DNA from: Candidatus Eiseniibacteriota bacterium
GTDB lineage: Bacteria; Eisenbacteria; RBG-16-71-46
Reading direction: 5' to 3'
NCBI GenBank assembly: GCA_963725865.1
Contig: CAVSAC010000014.1
Coordinates: 1,536,001-1,600,000, forward strand
DNA: 64,000 bases
Position numbers and translations under genes: made by a program
Shown here: positions 10,701 to 19,769 of the stretch, piece by piece
How the letters are laid out: the number at the start of each line of letters is the position of its first letter
Position numbering within the stretch: position 1 is the first letter of the stretch
Notes under the pieces: model-generated
What the model saw: only the letters and a program-made list of their open reading frames with translations
Database searches by the model: none
Told to the model about the DNA's origin: nothing

Positions 10701-12285
10701 CGTGCGCCTGCACGGCGAAGTAATAGGTGGTCGAGAACAGCCCGAGGCCGTCGATCCGCACGTGCTCGATGCTGCCGGCCGGTTGCGGGTCCGGCACGCC
10801 GGTGGCGCGGGCGGCGGCGGCGAAGTTCGCCGCCGTGATCGGGGCGGTCGAGAAGCGCACGTCGTAGCGGGCCGCCTTGCCCGTCGCGCCGTCGTCTCCG
10901 GTCGCCGTCCACTGGAGCTCGGCCCAGCTGCCCTCCATGCGGGTCACCGCGAGATCGGTGATCGGCGCCGGCGGGATGCTGTCGGGTTCGGTGAGTGGCA
11001 GGAGCGCGTTCAGCCGGCCGCCGGTCAGCGTCAGGCCCGCGAGCGCCGGCACCGGATCCACGTCGGCGAGCAGCAGCGCCTTGGCACCCGCGCCGTCGAG
11101 GCCGGGAAAGCGCCCCAGCACCAACGCGGCGGCACCGGAGACGTGCGGCGCCGCCATCGAGGTGCCGCTCTTGTACTGATAGCCGCCGGGGACGGTACTG
11201 AGGATGTCGGTGCCCGGGGCGGCGAGGTCCACCGAGGTCGGACCGAAGTTCGAGAACCCCGCCAGCTGGTCGTTCGGATCGCTCGCCGCCACCGCGATGA
11301 TGTTGGGCAGGTCGTAGCTCGCGGGATAGCTCGGGGAAGTGTCGTTGTTGTCGCTGCTGTTGCCAGCGGAAGCGACGAACACGATGCCGGCGTCACCCGC
11401 GGCCGCGATCGCGCCGCGCAACGCCTCCGAGTAGGGCCCGCCACCCCAGCTGTTGCTCATCACGCGTACGTGCATCAACGTGGCGTACTCGATCGAGCTG
11501 ACCGCGTCGGCCGTGGTGCCGCTCCCGTCCGCGCCCAGGAACTTGATGGGCAGGAGCTTCACGTTCCAGTTCACGCCCACCACGCCCAGGGCGTTGTTCC
11601 CGACCGCGCCGATGGTGCCGGCGCAGTGGGTGCCGTGCCCCACGTCGTCGTACGGGTCGTTGTCGTCGTTCGCGAAGTCCCAGCCGTGCACGTCGTCGAT
11701 GAAGCCGTTGCCATCGTCGTCCAGGCCGTTGCCGGCGATCTCGCCGGGATTGACGAACGCGTTCGCCGCGAGATCGGGGTGCGTGTAGTCCATGCCCGTG
11801 TCGATGATCGCGACCAGCACGCTGCTGGAGCCGGTGAACAGATCCCACGCCTGGGTCGCATGGATGTCCGCGCCCGGCGTTCCGCCGGTCTGCCCGATGT
11901 TGTGGAGCCCCCACAGCTGGCCGAACATCGAGTCGTTCGGGGCCGCGTCCATGTGGAGGATGTAGTTGGGCTCGATGTAGCGGATGCGGGGGTCGCGATC
12001 GTAGCGGGCGATCGCCTGCTCGACCGTGAACCGGGTGATCCGCTCGTGGCTGAGGCCGAGCTGCCGGAACGTGCCCATGCGAGTGGCGCCGAGGTCGCGC
12101 CGGATCGCTTCGATCTCGGCGGCACTCGTGCCGGGCGCCCACTGGACGAGGACTTCTCCTGGACGGTGCGCGTAGGTGTTGGTCTGTGCCGCGGCGGTGC
12201 GCAGGCCGAACACCAGCACGGCGATCAATGCGAGGATCGCGAAGAACGACGCGCACGCGTGCGAACGAGCGGAGAGCGGGAGCAT
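4750..12285 (-). CDS. Large secreted S8 serine protease, paralog 2 (~2511 aa); FN3, repeated Ig-like/choice-of-anchor-D modules, MAM/InhA-like domain, C-terminal sorting domain
   Basis: ATG 12285 with GGAGG RBS (the track start 13281 overlaps the SDR gene); signal peptide ending AAA-Q; IIDTGMDY / HGTHCAG / SGTSMAAPH; repeated SNDP...VP.HLHVTGAPDI junctions; C-terminus PNP...LELLDLAGRRLR...PGMYLVRL...KGVVLE. Confidence 0.95.
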   Translation of the reverse strand: MLPLSARSHACASFFAILALIAVLVFGLRTAAAQTNTYAHRPGEVLVQWAPGTSAAEIEAIRRDLGATRMGTFRQLGLSHERITRFTVEQAIARYDRDPRIRYIEPNYILHMDAAPNDSMFGQLWGLHNIGQTGGTPGADIHATQAWDLFTGSSSVLVAIIDTGMDYTHPDLAANAFVNPGEIAGNGLDDDGNGFIDDVHGWDFANDDNDPYDDVGHGTHCAGTIGAVGNNALGVVGVNWNVKLLPIKFLGADGSGTTADAVSSIEYATLMHVRVMSNSWGGGPYSEALRGAIAAAGDAGIVFVASAGNSSDNNDTSPSYPASYDLPNIIAVAASDPNDQLAGFSNFGPTSVDLAAPGTDILSTVPGGYQYKSGTSMAAPHVSGAAALVLGRFPGLDGAGAKALLLADVDPVPALAGLTLTGGRLNALLPLTEPDSIPPAPITDLAVTRMEGSWAELQWTATGDDGATGKAARYDVRFSTAPITAANFAAAARATGVPDPQPAGSIEHVRIDGLGLFSTTYYFAVQAHDELGNPSGMSNVASGTTLGPPQVQVAPASLSADLLTGEQATRTLMVSNTGVSELSFHLGSESFPVPPVAVLATVAASPAPLAAATAAGPAGSYAAGAAPSRGLILPAGTSPTGATTAGGLRVLLLQCGGAVGEIQGLLSAFPDIDSVDVVDGGITTPTLEQLRAYASVIVIVSSSVGDRVALGNVLADYIDDGGGVVFTLASFITDYALQGRLLTGGYYPFDLGSGPAGSSVLGAFDTAHPIMQGVGSCTGDVLGLVTVPPGSELVASWANGFPFVATRGPHVAGVNIYLGSPGYWTGDVPLILHNAAFWVRGTGRYLSWSPAAGVVPPGGSADVQVTYDATGLVGGNYDAYVAVMSNDPVTPKALVPSHLHVTGAPDILLSASSLDFGSLFIGAAKPETVTVTNRGTDLLTVTSVAVSPADFTAPAGGFDLAPGASRPLIVTFAPQSAALLTGALVVHSNDPDSPEVTIALHGEGLVAPEIAVSPTSLSAGLFVGEKATRTLTITNSGGSPLEVSLSTSTPPAPAPGSTRTGWASGTPAVLDDPPVSGRPSPGPTANTTAAPLGPVAMAGDYTGTYLHFGITDFGEIMPFQYPNGNEHLNVGSPLSGYTVAYQTGSGDHVVWSGYNDRQGLAPVSYREITNTAALLVAEAVTQTTDSLLRVTRTFTFDKHDKGVAIRTTLQNLTGTMLTNVVFKDWADWDVDNDYADDSWDYDRTRNMTYGWDVHYAGIASFDAPTAMDFYGWDDYANRSTTVEYTTGPVTNFDGLALLHFDLGDLSALASHEVATAFGIGDDLAELQAVMDRTATSASWLSMDPRSLVVPAHSSQPVTVTFDAGRLVGGDYDASVALRSNDPVRPELLVPAHLHVTGAPDIAVSSTDLDFDSLYVGASRAESLLVSNSGTDLLTVTSVAASPGDFTVPLGGFTLAPGAARTLAVTFSPLSAATIVGTLEIHSDDPDESILTVSLHGTGVIAPAIVVTPDSLTAELFTGDRLTQPLVVANPGGSPLTWSLTISSASLPAAPALAARGLARPSGVDAVSVASAGRQDGAGLPRPSGPSGLAGLLRNELAALGTTQTVFYDDMEHGDNGWTQQVYGIDDLWHRTTRAYNSPSTSWWCGRESTGDYATGNPIRTAAVTPPIDLSRAIAPVTLQFFEFFSTEPGYDNCMVDVSSASDSGTTWTSLRGGLGFAPSGNSGGWRLAMLDLSPWTGQTIRIRFYFDTIDGIANSFPGWFFDDVLVSATSPPWLSVTPTAGSVAAAGSQSLQAVFDAAGLPGGDYLASIDFASNDPLTPLLAVPARLHVTGAPNISVSAERLDFGTVFVGGSRTDSLVVTNVGTDLLDVSAVDIAPGVFHGSSAGFTLAAGDSRTLAVTYAPTVVGTSGGMLTLHSNDQDQSTLVVALAGTCVLAPHVVLSPQIFQRLMPPDAVATEALTLNNTGGSPLTWNITASLGAVGGIVEPLTEVLAPAPDAAAGESLTPAAQASRVVQSVPATLARAAGDGAPAGAGAALRAPPVSAAGARFASQRAESSSVAPPPLADALAQLNTRYPSVTSIIPNRFDFSEGETGNSIVDGGQDMYDIGNLIRTNLGGPITYSNNAISYSSAFGASYFTRKYPGLFVLAADLVGVNKFTIYGKLGASGAGEVDGAVLSVSMGGLNYLGYVKRVFNAGDASVNHLIILVDPGSTSRSFYNDTNNDFDEVSTTAPLARLYYVLMAGNAGAYISDASMFEIMKAFINALTPAPPWLSVTPASGVVPAHGNSSVSVRFDTHGLALGTQLGSLAVNSDDPIQPLVTVPVELDVEIVTATDVALVSSSADPGVAHLLWHASQSDGHPVAVQRRGGSGEWAAVASIVPDGEGYLRFEDHDVLPAARYGYRLGITAEGTLRFVGETWLDIPAGVELALHGLLPNPAVRDLRVAFSLADAQPATLELLDLAGRRLRARAVGTLGAGRHSISLGTTATLPPGMYLVRLQCGERSLIVKGVVLE

Positions 12286-12700
12286 GCGAACCTCCAGGTC
12301 GGAAGCGGCGGTCCGTCCAATCGGGACGATCGCGTCGTCCGGAGTGGATCCGGCTGGAGGCCGGTGGGTGGGTCTCGACCTGCGGATCGATCGTGCGGCC
12401 TGCCCATCGCAGCGCCCACACGGCCAGGCGGGGGGCTTGGCGGCGACACGAACACCGACCTTACGGCTGAAGCCTAGACCAACTGCGGCCGGGTATCGTG
12501 GAAATTCGTCATTGTGGTGGAGATTTCCACCGCGCTGGCCGGCGGCGCACGAGTGGTGGGGCCCGAGGGTGGACTGGGCCGCGGGCCCGGCCGATGGACG
12601 CCCGCCGCGCCGCTCGGCTAGGGTGCCCGCCGACGGACTCCGGCCCCCTCGCGCAATCGCGCATCCGCGCGCCGCGGTGGCCGCTTCAGGGAGCGAGGCG

Positions 12701-13471
12701 ATGGCGAAGCGATTCGAGGGCCGCGCGATGCTGGTGACGGGCGCCACCAGCGGCATCGGGCGGGCGTGCGCGCGGGCGCTGTTAGCCGAGGGCGCGCAGG
12801 TGGCGGCGTGCGGCCGGCGCCGCGATCGCCTGGCCGAGCTGGAGGCGGAGGCGAAGGACGGCGGCGGCACGCTGCTGGCGCTGACCGGCGACGTGCGCGA
12901 GGAGGCCACCGCGAACGCGTGGGCGAAGGCGGCGGTCGAGCGCTTCGGCGGGCTCGACGGGCTGGTGAACGCGGCCGGCGTGCTGGGCGGCGGCGGTGTG
13001 CTGGAGACCACCAAGGACGAGTGGGATCGGCTGCTGGACACCAATCTGCGCGGGCTCCACTTCATGACGCGCGCGGCCGGGCCGGGGCTGATCCAGCGCA
13101 AGGGCGCGGTGGTGAACATCTCCTCGGTCGCGGGGCCGCGGCCGTACGCCAACCTGCTCGCGTACTGCGTCAGCAAGTCGGCGGTCAGCTCGTACACGCG
13201 CTGCGCCGCGCTCGACTTCGCGCCGCACGGCGTGCGGGTCAACGCGCTGGAGCCGGGCGTGGTGGTGACCGAGCTGCACACGGTGACGACGGCGGTCGCC
13301 GACTACCCGGCGTTCCTCGAGCGCGGCAAGACCACGCATCCGCTCGGCCGCGTGGGCGACCCCAAGGAGATCGCGGCGATGGTGCTCTACCTGCTGAGCG
13401 ACGACGCGGCGTGGATCACCGGCGCGTGCGTGCCGATCGATGGCGGGCGCGCGCTGATGAGTGCGCGCTGA
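12701..13471 (+). CDS. Short-chain dehydrogenase/reductase (SDR)
   Basis: TGATSGIG Rossmann motif, VNAAG, NISS, YCVSK (YxxxK), RVNALEPG, PLGRVG. Confidence 0.95.
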   Translation: MAKRFEGRAMLVTGATSGIGRACARALLAEGAQVAACGRRRDRLAELEAEAKDGGGTLLALTGDVREEATANAWAKAAVERFGGLDGLVNAAGVLGGGGVLETTKDEWDRLLDTNLRGLHFMTRAAGPGLIQRKGAVVNISSVAGPRPYANLLAYCVSKSAVSSYTRCAALDFAPHGVRVNALEPGVVVTELHTVTTAVADYPAFLERGKTTHPLGRVGDPKEIAAMVLYLLSDDAAWITGACVPIDGGRALMSAR

Positions 13472-13806
13472 TGCGACCGCGCAAGGGTGGGGGCGGAGGC
13501 GGCGGGTTCGAGGCGGTGCTGCGCTGGCCGGCGTGGGCGCTCGCGCTGCTGGCGCTGGGCTCGGCGTTCGGGCCGCTGCCGCACGACTGGACGCACACGC
13601 TGCGGTGGGCGCTCACGCTGTTCGGGCTGCTCGAGGCCGGGGTGGCGATGGGGCAGGGCCGCCGCGGGGCGTTCATCTGCTACGCCGCGCTCGCGGTGCT
13701 GCTCAACCCGATCCGCCCGTTCGTGTTCGCGCCGCTGATCACGCGCCTGCTCTATGCCGCCGCGGGGGTGTGGCTGATCGGGGACCACCTGCCGAACAAG
13801 CGCTGA
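13471..13806 (+). CDS. Small membrane protein (DUF6804-like)
   Basis: TGATG overlap with the SDR stop; about 4 hydrophobic segments; LLNPIRP motif. Confidence 0.7.
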   Translation: MRPRKGGGGGGGFEAVLRWPAWALALLALGSAFGPLPHDWTHTLRWALTLFGLLEAGVAMGQGRRGAFICYAALAVLLNPIRPFVFAPLITRLLYAAAGVWLIGDHLPNKR

Positions 13807-13875
13807 GGCGGGCCCGCCCGGCGGGCCCACAACGCGCTCCACCCCCGGCCCGCACCCGCCGATAACTCCGGCGTC

Positions 13876-14715
13876 ATGCAGGCTTTGGTCCTCCATCCCT
13901 CGGGTGCGGGTGTCGCGATCGCCGCGATCGCCCTCGCCGCCGGCGCGCCGCTGTTCAGCGACGGGCTGGCGGCGCTGCGCCTGCGCCGCCGGTTCGGCGC
14001 GCTGCGCCACGCCGCGCTCGGCGACCGGCCGAGCGGGGTGGTCCACGTGTCGGGGCGCGTGGCGCTCGAGAGCCCGCTGTTCGCGCCGCTCTCGGGGCGG
14101 CCGTGCGCGGGCTTCCGGCTCGCGGTCACCACCGCCCAGCATCCCGAGCCGCAGCACGTGGACGAATGGCGGGACTTCCGCATCGTCGAGGAGGACACGA
14201 CCGCCCACGTGCGGAGCCGGTCGGCGCGCTGGGACCTGATGGTCACCGGCTGGCGCGACGTGCCCGCGGGCGATCGGCTCACCGAGCACTTGCACGCGCT
14301 GCTCGACCGGGTGCCCGAGACGCGCTGGCTGCGCGACTCCGGCGCGCCGCTGCGGCTGGTCGAGCACGCGCTGCTCGCCGGCGGCGCCTGCCACGTCGTG
14401 GGGATGGCGCACCGCGCGACCACCCAGGTGTTCGCGGATCAGGTGGTGCTCGCGCGCACCGGCACCGACGACGCCGAGGTGACGATCGATCGTCTGGTCG
14501 CCACCGCGACCGCGCACGGCGCACCGGACCTGTGGATCGGTCCCGACGAGGCGTCGGAGTTCCTGCTGATCGCCGACTCCCCGCCGCGCCTCGAGCGGCT
14601 GCACGTCCCGCTCCTGCGGCTCGCCGGGCTGGCGCTGGGGCCCGCGCTGAGCCTGGCCGGGATGCTCTATCTGGCGCGCGCGGCCGACTGGCTGCGCATG
14701 CACGGAGGATTCTGA
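13876..14715 (+). CDS. Membrane-anchored GIDE-like domain protein
   Basis: N- and C-terminal TM segments; V.GRV...APLSGRPC, LVEHALLAG..CHVVG, FLLIAD motifs shared with the next gene. Confidence 0.7.
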   Translation: MQALVLHPSGAGVAIAAIALAAGAPLFSDGLAALRLRRRFGALRHAALGDRPSGVVHVSGRVALESPLFAPLSGRPCAGFRLAVTTAQHPEPQHVDEWRDFRIVEEDTTAHVRSRSARWDLMVTGWRDVPAGDRLTEHLHALLDRVPETRWLRDSGAPLRLVEHALLAGGACHVVGMAHRATTQVFADQVVLARTGTDDAEVTIDRLVATATAHGAPDLWIGPDEASEFLLIADSPPRLERLHVPLLRLAGLALGPALSLAGMLYLARAADWLRMHGGF

Positions 14716-14717
14716 GC

Positions 14718-15539
<822 letters not shown>

Positions 15540-15591
15540 GAACCCCCGGCCGGTGTGACCGGTCGCACACCCCGAAGTGGAGGTATTCGAC

Positions 15592-16173
15592 ATGATCCAT
15601 CCCGGCGAACTCCTCGCGACGGTGATGATCGGCTTCATCATCGTGGGCGCCATCGGTTACGCCCTGACGCTCTACAATGGCCTGGTCGCGCTCAAGAACG
15701 GCATCGCGCGCTCGTGGGCGAACATCGACGTGCTGCTCAAGCAGCGCCATGACGAGCTGCCGAAGCTCGTGAAGACGTGCGAGGGCTACATGCAGCACGA
15801 GCGCGCGGTGTTCGACAAGCTGAGCGAGGCGCGCGGAGCCCTGCTGAAGGCGCGGGGCGTGGGCGAGCGGGCGGACGCGGAGAACCAGATCACGCGGGCG
15901 CTGGGGGGGATCTTCGCAGTCGCCGAGGCGTACCCCGACCTCAAGGCGAACCAGTCGTTCCTGCAGCTCCAGAGTCGCATCAGCGAGCTCGAAAACCAGA
16001 TCGCTGACCGCCGCGAGTACTACAACGACACCGTGACGACGTTCAATACGCGCATCCAGCAGATCCCCGACCAATTCGTCGCCGGCTGGCTGGGATACCA
16101 AGCGGCCGAGTTGTTCAAGGTCGACGAGCGGGACCGCCAGGACGTCGAGATCGGCTTCAAGATGACCGCCTAG
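15592..16173 (+). CDS. lemA: LemA family protein
   Basis: GGAGG RBS; YNGLV..KN...WANIDVLLKQRHD..P.LV, AEAYPDLKANQSF, ENQIADRREYYN. Confidence 0.96.
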   Translation: MIHPGELLATVMIGFIIVGAIGYALTLYNGLVALKNGIARSWANIDVLLKQRHDELPKLVKTCEGYMQHERAVFDKLSEARGALLKARGVGERADAENQITRALGGIFAVAEAYPDLKANQSFLQLQSRISELENQIADRREYYNDTVTTFNTRIQQIPDQFVAGWLGYQAAELFKVDERDRQDVEIGFKMTA

Positions 16174-16187
16174 GCCGTCCGCGACCG

Positions 16188-16217
16188 AGCCCCCGGCCCG
16201 TGCCGCCGGGGGCTTTC
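16188..16217 (+). terminator. Intrinsic terminator after lemA
   Basis: AGCCCCCGGC / GCCGGGGGCT stem followed by TTC. Confidence 0.65.
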
Positions 16218-16258
16218 GCTTGCCGCGCGGTCGCCGCGTGCGTAGGGTACGGCTCGCG

Positions 16259-17329
16259 ATGACTCCGAACCCGCCTCCGGCCGCACCCCGCGATCCCGAC
16301 GCGCTCCGGGTCGCCGTCCACGGACTCGGCCGCGAGGGCCTCGCGCTCACCGCGACGCTCGCGATGCGACCCGAATGCGAGCTGGTGGCACTGGGCGATC
16401 CGCGTCCCGCGGCGATCCGCCGCGCGCGCGGCGCCGGCTTCGCGCTCCCCGGTTTCGCGCGCCTCGAGCGCCTGATCGCCGCCGCGGCGCCCCAGGCGCT
16501 CGTGATCGCGGTGCCCGCACCCGAGCGCGCGGCCGCGGTCCGGCGCGCGCTCGAGGCCGGAGTCGCGGTGCTGACCACCTCGCCGCTCGCGGCCACGCTC
16601 GTCGAGGCCGAAACGCTGGCGGCGCTCGCCGAGGAGCGCGGTGTGGCGCTGGCGGTCGCCCACCAGTTGCCGTTCGAGCCGCCGTTCGCCCACGCCGAAC
16701 GCGAGCTGGGAGTCGGCGCGCTCGGCGTGCTGAAGCTGGCGCGCTCGTCGGTGTACGAGTCGCGCGTGTTCAGCACCCGCGAGGCGCGCGCGCAGGCCGC
16801 GCACTCGCCCGGCGGCGTGCTCACGGCGACGGCGCTCGACCTGCTGCTGATGCTCGACACCCTGTTCGGCACGCCGACCACCGTGCGGGCCACGACCAGC
16901 AGCCTGTACGGCGCCCACGAGGACGAGGCTCACGCGATGATGACGCTGGCGACCGGGGCCGAGATCGGACTCGACGCATCGTGGAGCGTGCCCGGCTACC
17001 CGCGCCCGGCGGTCGTGCTGGAGGCCGAGGGTGACAACGGCGCAGTGCTGGTTTCCGACGATGCGTACGAGGTCGAGCTGACCACGCGGCGCGATCCGCT
17101 GCCGGCCGGCCACCGCCGGCTGCGCGACGCCGAGCTGGAGCAGTCCGCGTGGTACGACATGGACGGCGAAGCGCGCGACCCGATGGTGGCGGCCTTCGTG
17201 GCGTGGGCGCTCGGCGGCGCGGTGCCGCCGCACGCCGCCGCCACGTCGGTGCGCGCCCAGCGCACGCTCGAGTCGCTCTACGCGTCGGCGCGGCGCGGGG
17301 GCACGGACGTGCGCGTGGGGGCGCCATGA
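16259..17329 (+). CDS. Gfo/Idh/MocA-family oxidoreductase-like protein (degenerate motifs)
   Basis: RVAVHGLG, ALVIAVP, ALEAGVAVL..P.A, GGVL, LFG.P..VRA layout. Confidence 0.8.
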   Translation: MTPNPPPAAPRDPDALRVAVHGLGREGLALTATLAMRPECELVALGDPRPAAIRRARGAGFALPGFARLERLIAAAAPQALVIAVPAPERAAAVRRALEAGVAVLTTSPLAATLVEAETLAALAEERGVALAVAHQLPFEPPFAHAERELGVGALGVLKLARSSVYESRVFSTREARAQAAHSPGGVLTATALDLLLMLDTLFGTPTTVRATTSSLYGAHEDEAHAMMTLATGAEIGLDASWSVPGYPRPAVVLEAEGDNGAVLVSDDAYEVELTTRRDPLPAGHRRLRDAELEQSAWYDMDGEARDPMVAAFVAWALGGAVPPHAAATSVRAQRTLESLYASARRGGTDVRVGAP

Positions 17330-18195
17330 AGCGCGCGATGGAGACCCCGCGCCTGTTGCTGGGCGCGCTCTCGTTCACGCGCCCGCCGCGCGCCTCGCGC
17401 GATCGCGAGCTGGAGGTGAGCGCGCGCTATCGCGAACCCGAGTCGCTCGCGGTCACGCTGTCGAAGGCGCTCGACGCCGGCGCCGACGGCGTGCTGGCCA
17501 CACCCACGCCCGCGCTGCGCGCGGCGCTGGCGGAGCTGCGGCGCACGGTGCCGGTGGTGGCCGTGTGGCCGACGCGGGGCCCGCTCGACGAGGCCGACGA
17601 CGAGGCCCCCGAGCCCGCGCGCGGCGCGCGGGGGCCTGGGATCGCCGCGAGCGTGCGGCGCGGCGTGACCGGGCTGCTGCGGCTGCCGGCGCAGGTGCGC
17701 GGCGACCTGACCGTGACCGTGCCGATGCAGCTCGAGGTCGACGCCGAGGCGCTGCCGGCGCGCGCGCTGCGCGGAGTGGCGATCGCGGCTCCGATCACCG
17801 ACCTGGCGCTGGCCGCCGGGCACCTGAAGTTCTTCGGGCAGCTGGTGGCGTTCGTCCACGCGCGGTTCGGAGTGGCGGCCGGCTTCGAGACCCACAACCT
17901 CGGCCACCTGCTCGCGCTGCTGCGCAACGCCGGCGTGCGCCCCGACTTCGTGATCGGTCCCGTGAACCCGTGCGGGCGCATGATGAAGCCGGATGTCGAG
18001 ACCGTGCTCGACGAGCTGCGCCGTCGCGACGTGCCGGTGCTGGCGCGCGAGCTGTCCGCCGGCGGCCTGGTGCCGCTCGCCGAGGGCGCCCGCTACGCGC
18101 TCGCGCACGGTGCCGCGGGACTGGCGCCCGACCTCGTCGACATCGACGACGTGGCGAGCGATCTGAAGGGGCTGCTGCCGGATCTGCCGCGCTGA
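17326..18195 (+). CDS. Hypothetical protein, possibly TIM-barrel/aldo-keto-reductase-like
   Basis: ATGA overlap with the upstream gene; GC3-rich codons; PRLLLG, GFETHN, PVNPCG.MM.P motifs. Confidence 0.6.
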   Translation: MKRAMETPRLLLGALSFTRPPRASRDRELEVSARYREPESLAVTLSKALDAGADGVLATPTPALRAALAELRRTVPVVAVWPTRGPLDEADDEAPEPARGARGPGIAASVRRGVTGLLRLPAQVRGDLTVTVPMQLEVDAEALPARALRGVAIAAPITDLALAAGHLKFFGQLVAFVHARFGVAAGFETHNLGHLLALLRNAGVRPDFVIGPVNPCGRMMKPDVETVLDELRRRDVPVLARELSAGGLVPLAEGARYALAHGAAGLAPDLVDIDDVASDLKGLLPDLPR

Positions 18196-18211
18196 GCGCG
18201 GGAGTTCGCCG

Positions 18212-19669
18212 CTACACCCCGCTCGCCGCCAGCGGAGTCGTGCCGCCGAGCAGGTACTGGATCACGTCCGCGGCACCGTAGCGCGTGCGACCCTGCAGGA
18301 AGGTGCCGATCGACATGAGGTCGTCGCCGCTGGTGAGCAGCGGCGGCTCGTGGCTGCCGTCCGCGCGCGACTGGCCGAGGCCGATGTTGGCCATCAGCGC
18401 GTTGCACAGGCACGCGCGGCCCTCGGTCTCGCTCTGGATGCCGCCCTTCTGGACGTACTGGTCGACCGGCTCGCTCGGACAGCGGTAGCCGAGGCGGCCG
18501 GCGGCGTCGCGGAACGCGGTGCGCAGGTAGCCGAGGTCGCAGACGCGCGCGCGCTTGGTGCCGTTCGTCGGGTCGCCCGCCCACTGCACGATCTTGAACG
18601 GGTAGCCGGTCGGCGAGGCGGTCGCGTCGGTGTGGACGTGGACCTCGCCGCGCAGCGCGTGCTCCAGCACCGAGCGCTTGAGCGGCTCCGCGAGCCCGGA
18701 CTCGTCGCAGTAGGCGAACAGCGTGCCGACCTGCACGCCCGCCGCACCCGCGGCGCGCGCCTCGCGCAGGCGCGCGGGGCCGCCGAGGCCTCCCGCGAGC
18801 CAGAACGGCAGCCCGAGGTCGCGGATCTTCGGCAGGTCCACCACGTCGCGCTCGCCGTAGAGCGGCTCGCCGCGCTCGTTGAACGTCGCCTCGCCGCGCG
18901 GCGGGGCGTTGTGCCCGCCGGCGGTCGGCCCCTCGATCACCAGGCCATTGACGCCGCCGCTGCACTTGCGCGCGAGCATGGTCGCGAGCGAGTTGCTCGC
19001 CACGATCGGCAGGAAGCGCGGCCGCTTCAGCTCCGGTGGCGCGCCGTCCCAGTGTTCGGCCGGGTCGAGCGAGAACTGCTCCGCGCCGTCGGCACTCCCG
19101 GCGACGTCGAGCCGCATCGAAGCGGGCTGGTGCCTCGACAGCGCGTCGAGCGCGCACGGGATCTCGCGCGGGATGCCGGCGCCCATCAGCACGTAGTCCA
19201 CGCCCGCGAGCATCGCGCCGTAGAGCGTGGCGAGGTTCGGCAGCTGGAGCTTGGTGAGCAGGTTGATGCCGACCTTGCCGTCGTGGCCGTGCTTGGCCAG
19301 GTGCACCTCGACGAACGACGCCAGCATGGTGAGCTGGTGGCGCGCCTTGCTCAGCACCTGCTGGTGCATCGTCAGGTTCAGGTAGGGCGTACCGGGCGGG
19401 CGGCCCGCCGGCCGGAAGTGGCGCTTCAGGATCTCGGCCGCCGCCTGGCGCAGGGGGAAGTGCTCGAGCGCGCGGCGCACGTGGCCGCCGATGTCGCCGT
19501 CCTGCAGCCGGCGCGCGATCACCGCGTCGATCGCCGTGCCCGAGACCACGCCGAGGTGACCGCAGCGCGCGACCGCGCGAGCGAGCTTCCAGTCCGAAAC
19601 GCCGATGCCCATGCCGCCTTGGATGATGACGGGATGGGCACCGGGAACCACCGGGGGTGTGCTGTTCAT
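18212..19669 (-). CDS. Nitronate monooxygenase / 2-nitropropane dioxygenase family flavoprotein
   Basis: PVIIQGGMGIGVS, GAGIP, EGPTAGGH, LAGG, GVQVGTLF, SPTGYPF. Confidence 0.92.
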   Translation of the reverse strand: MNSTPPVVPGAHPVIIQGGMGIGVSDWKLARAVARCGHLGVVSGTAIDAVIARRLQDGDIGGHVRRALEHFPLRQAAAEILKRHFRPAGRPPGTPYLNLTMHQQVLSKARHQLTMLASFVEVHLAKHGHDGKVGINLLTKLQLPNLATLYGAMLAGVDYVLMGAGIPREIPCALDALSRHQPASMRLDVAGSADGAEQFSLDPAEHWDGAPPELKRPRFLPIVASNSLATMLARKCSGGVNGLVIEGPTAGGHNAPPRGEATFNERGEPLYGERDVVDLPKIRDLGLPFWLAGGLGGPARLREARAAGAAGVQVGTLFAYCDESGLAEPLKRSVLEHALRGEVHVHTDATASPTGYPFKIVQWAGDPTNGTKRARVCDLGYLRTAFRDAAGRLGYRCPSEPVDQYVQKGGIQSETEGRACLCNALMANIGLGQSRADGSHEPPLLTSGDDLMSIGTFLQGRTRYGAADVIQYLLGGTTPLAASGV

Positions 19670-19769
19670 CGATGGACCATAGCTCCAATCGGCGCTGAAC
19701 ACCCGGAATCGTTTCTGCGGCTTGAGGGCTGGAGGTGCCCGCGGGGTCAACCCCCCGCGCGGCGATGGC

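Noticed and set aside
12286..13281. N-terminal extension of the 2843-aa ORF
   Set aside because: Overlaps the SDR gene on the opposite strand; RBS and signal peptide place the start at 12285
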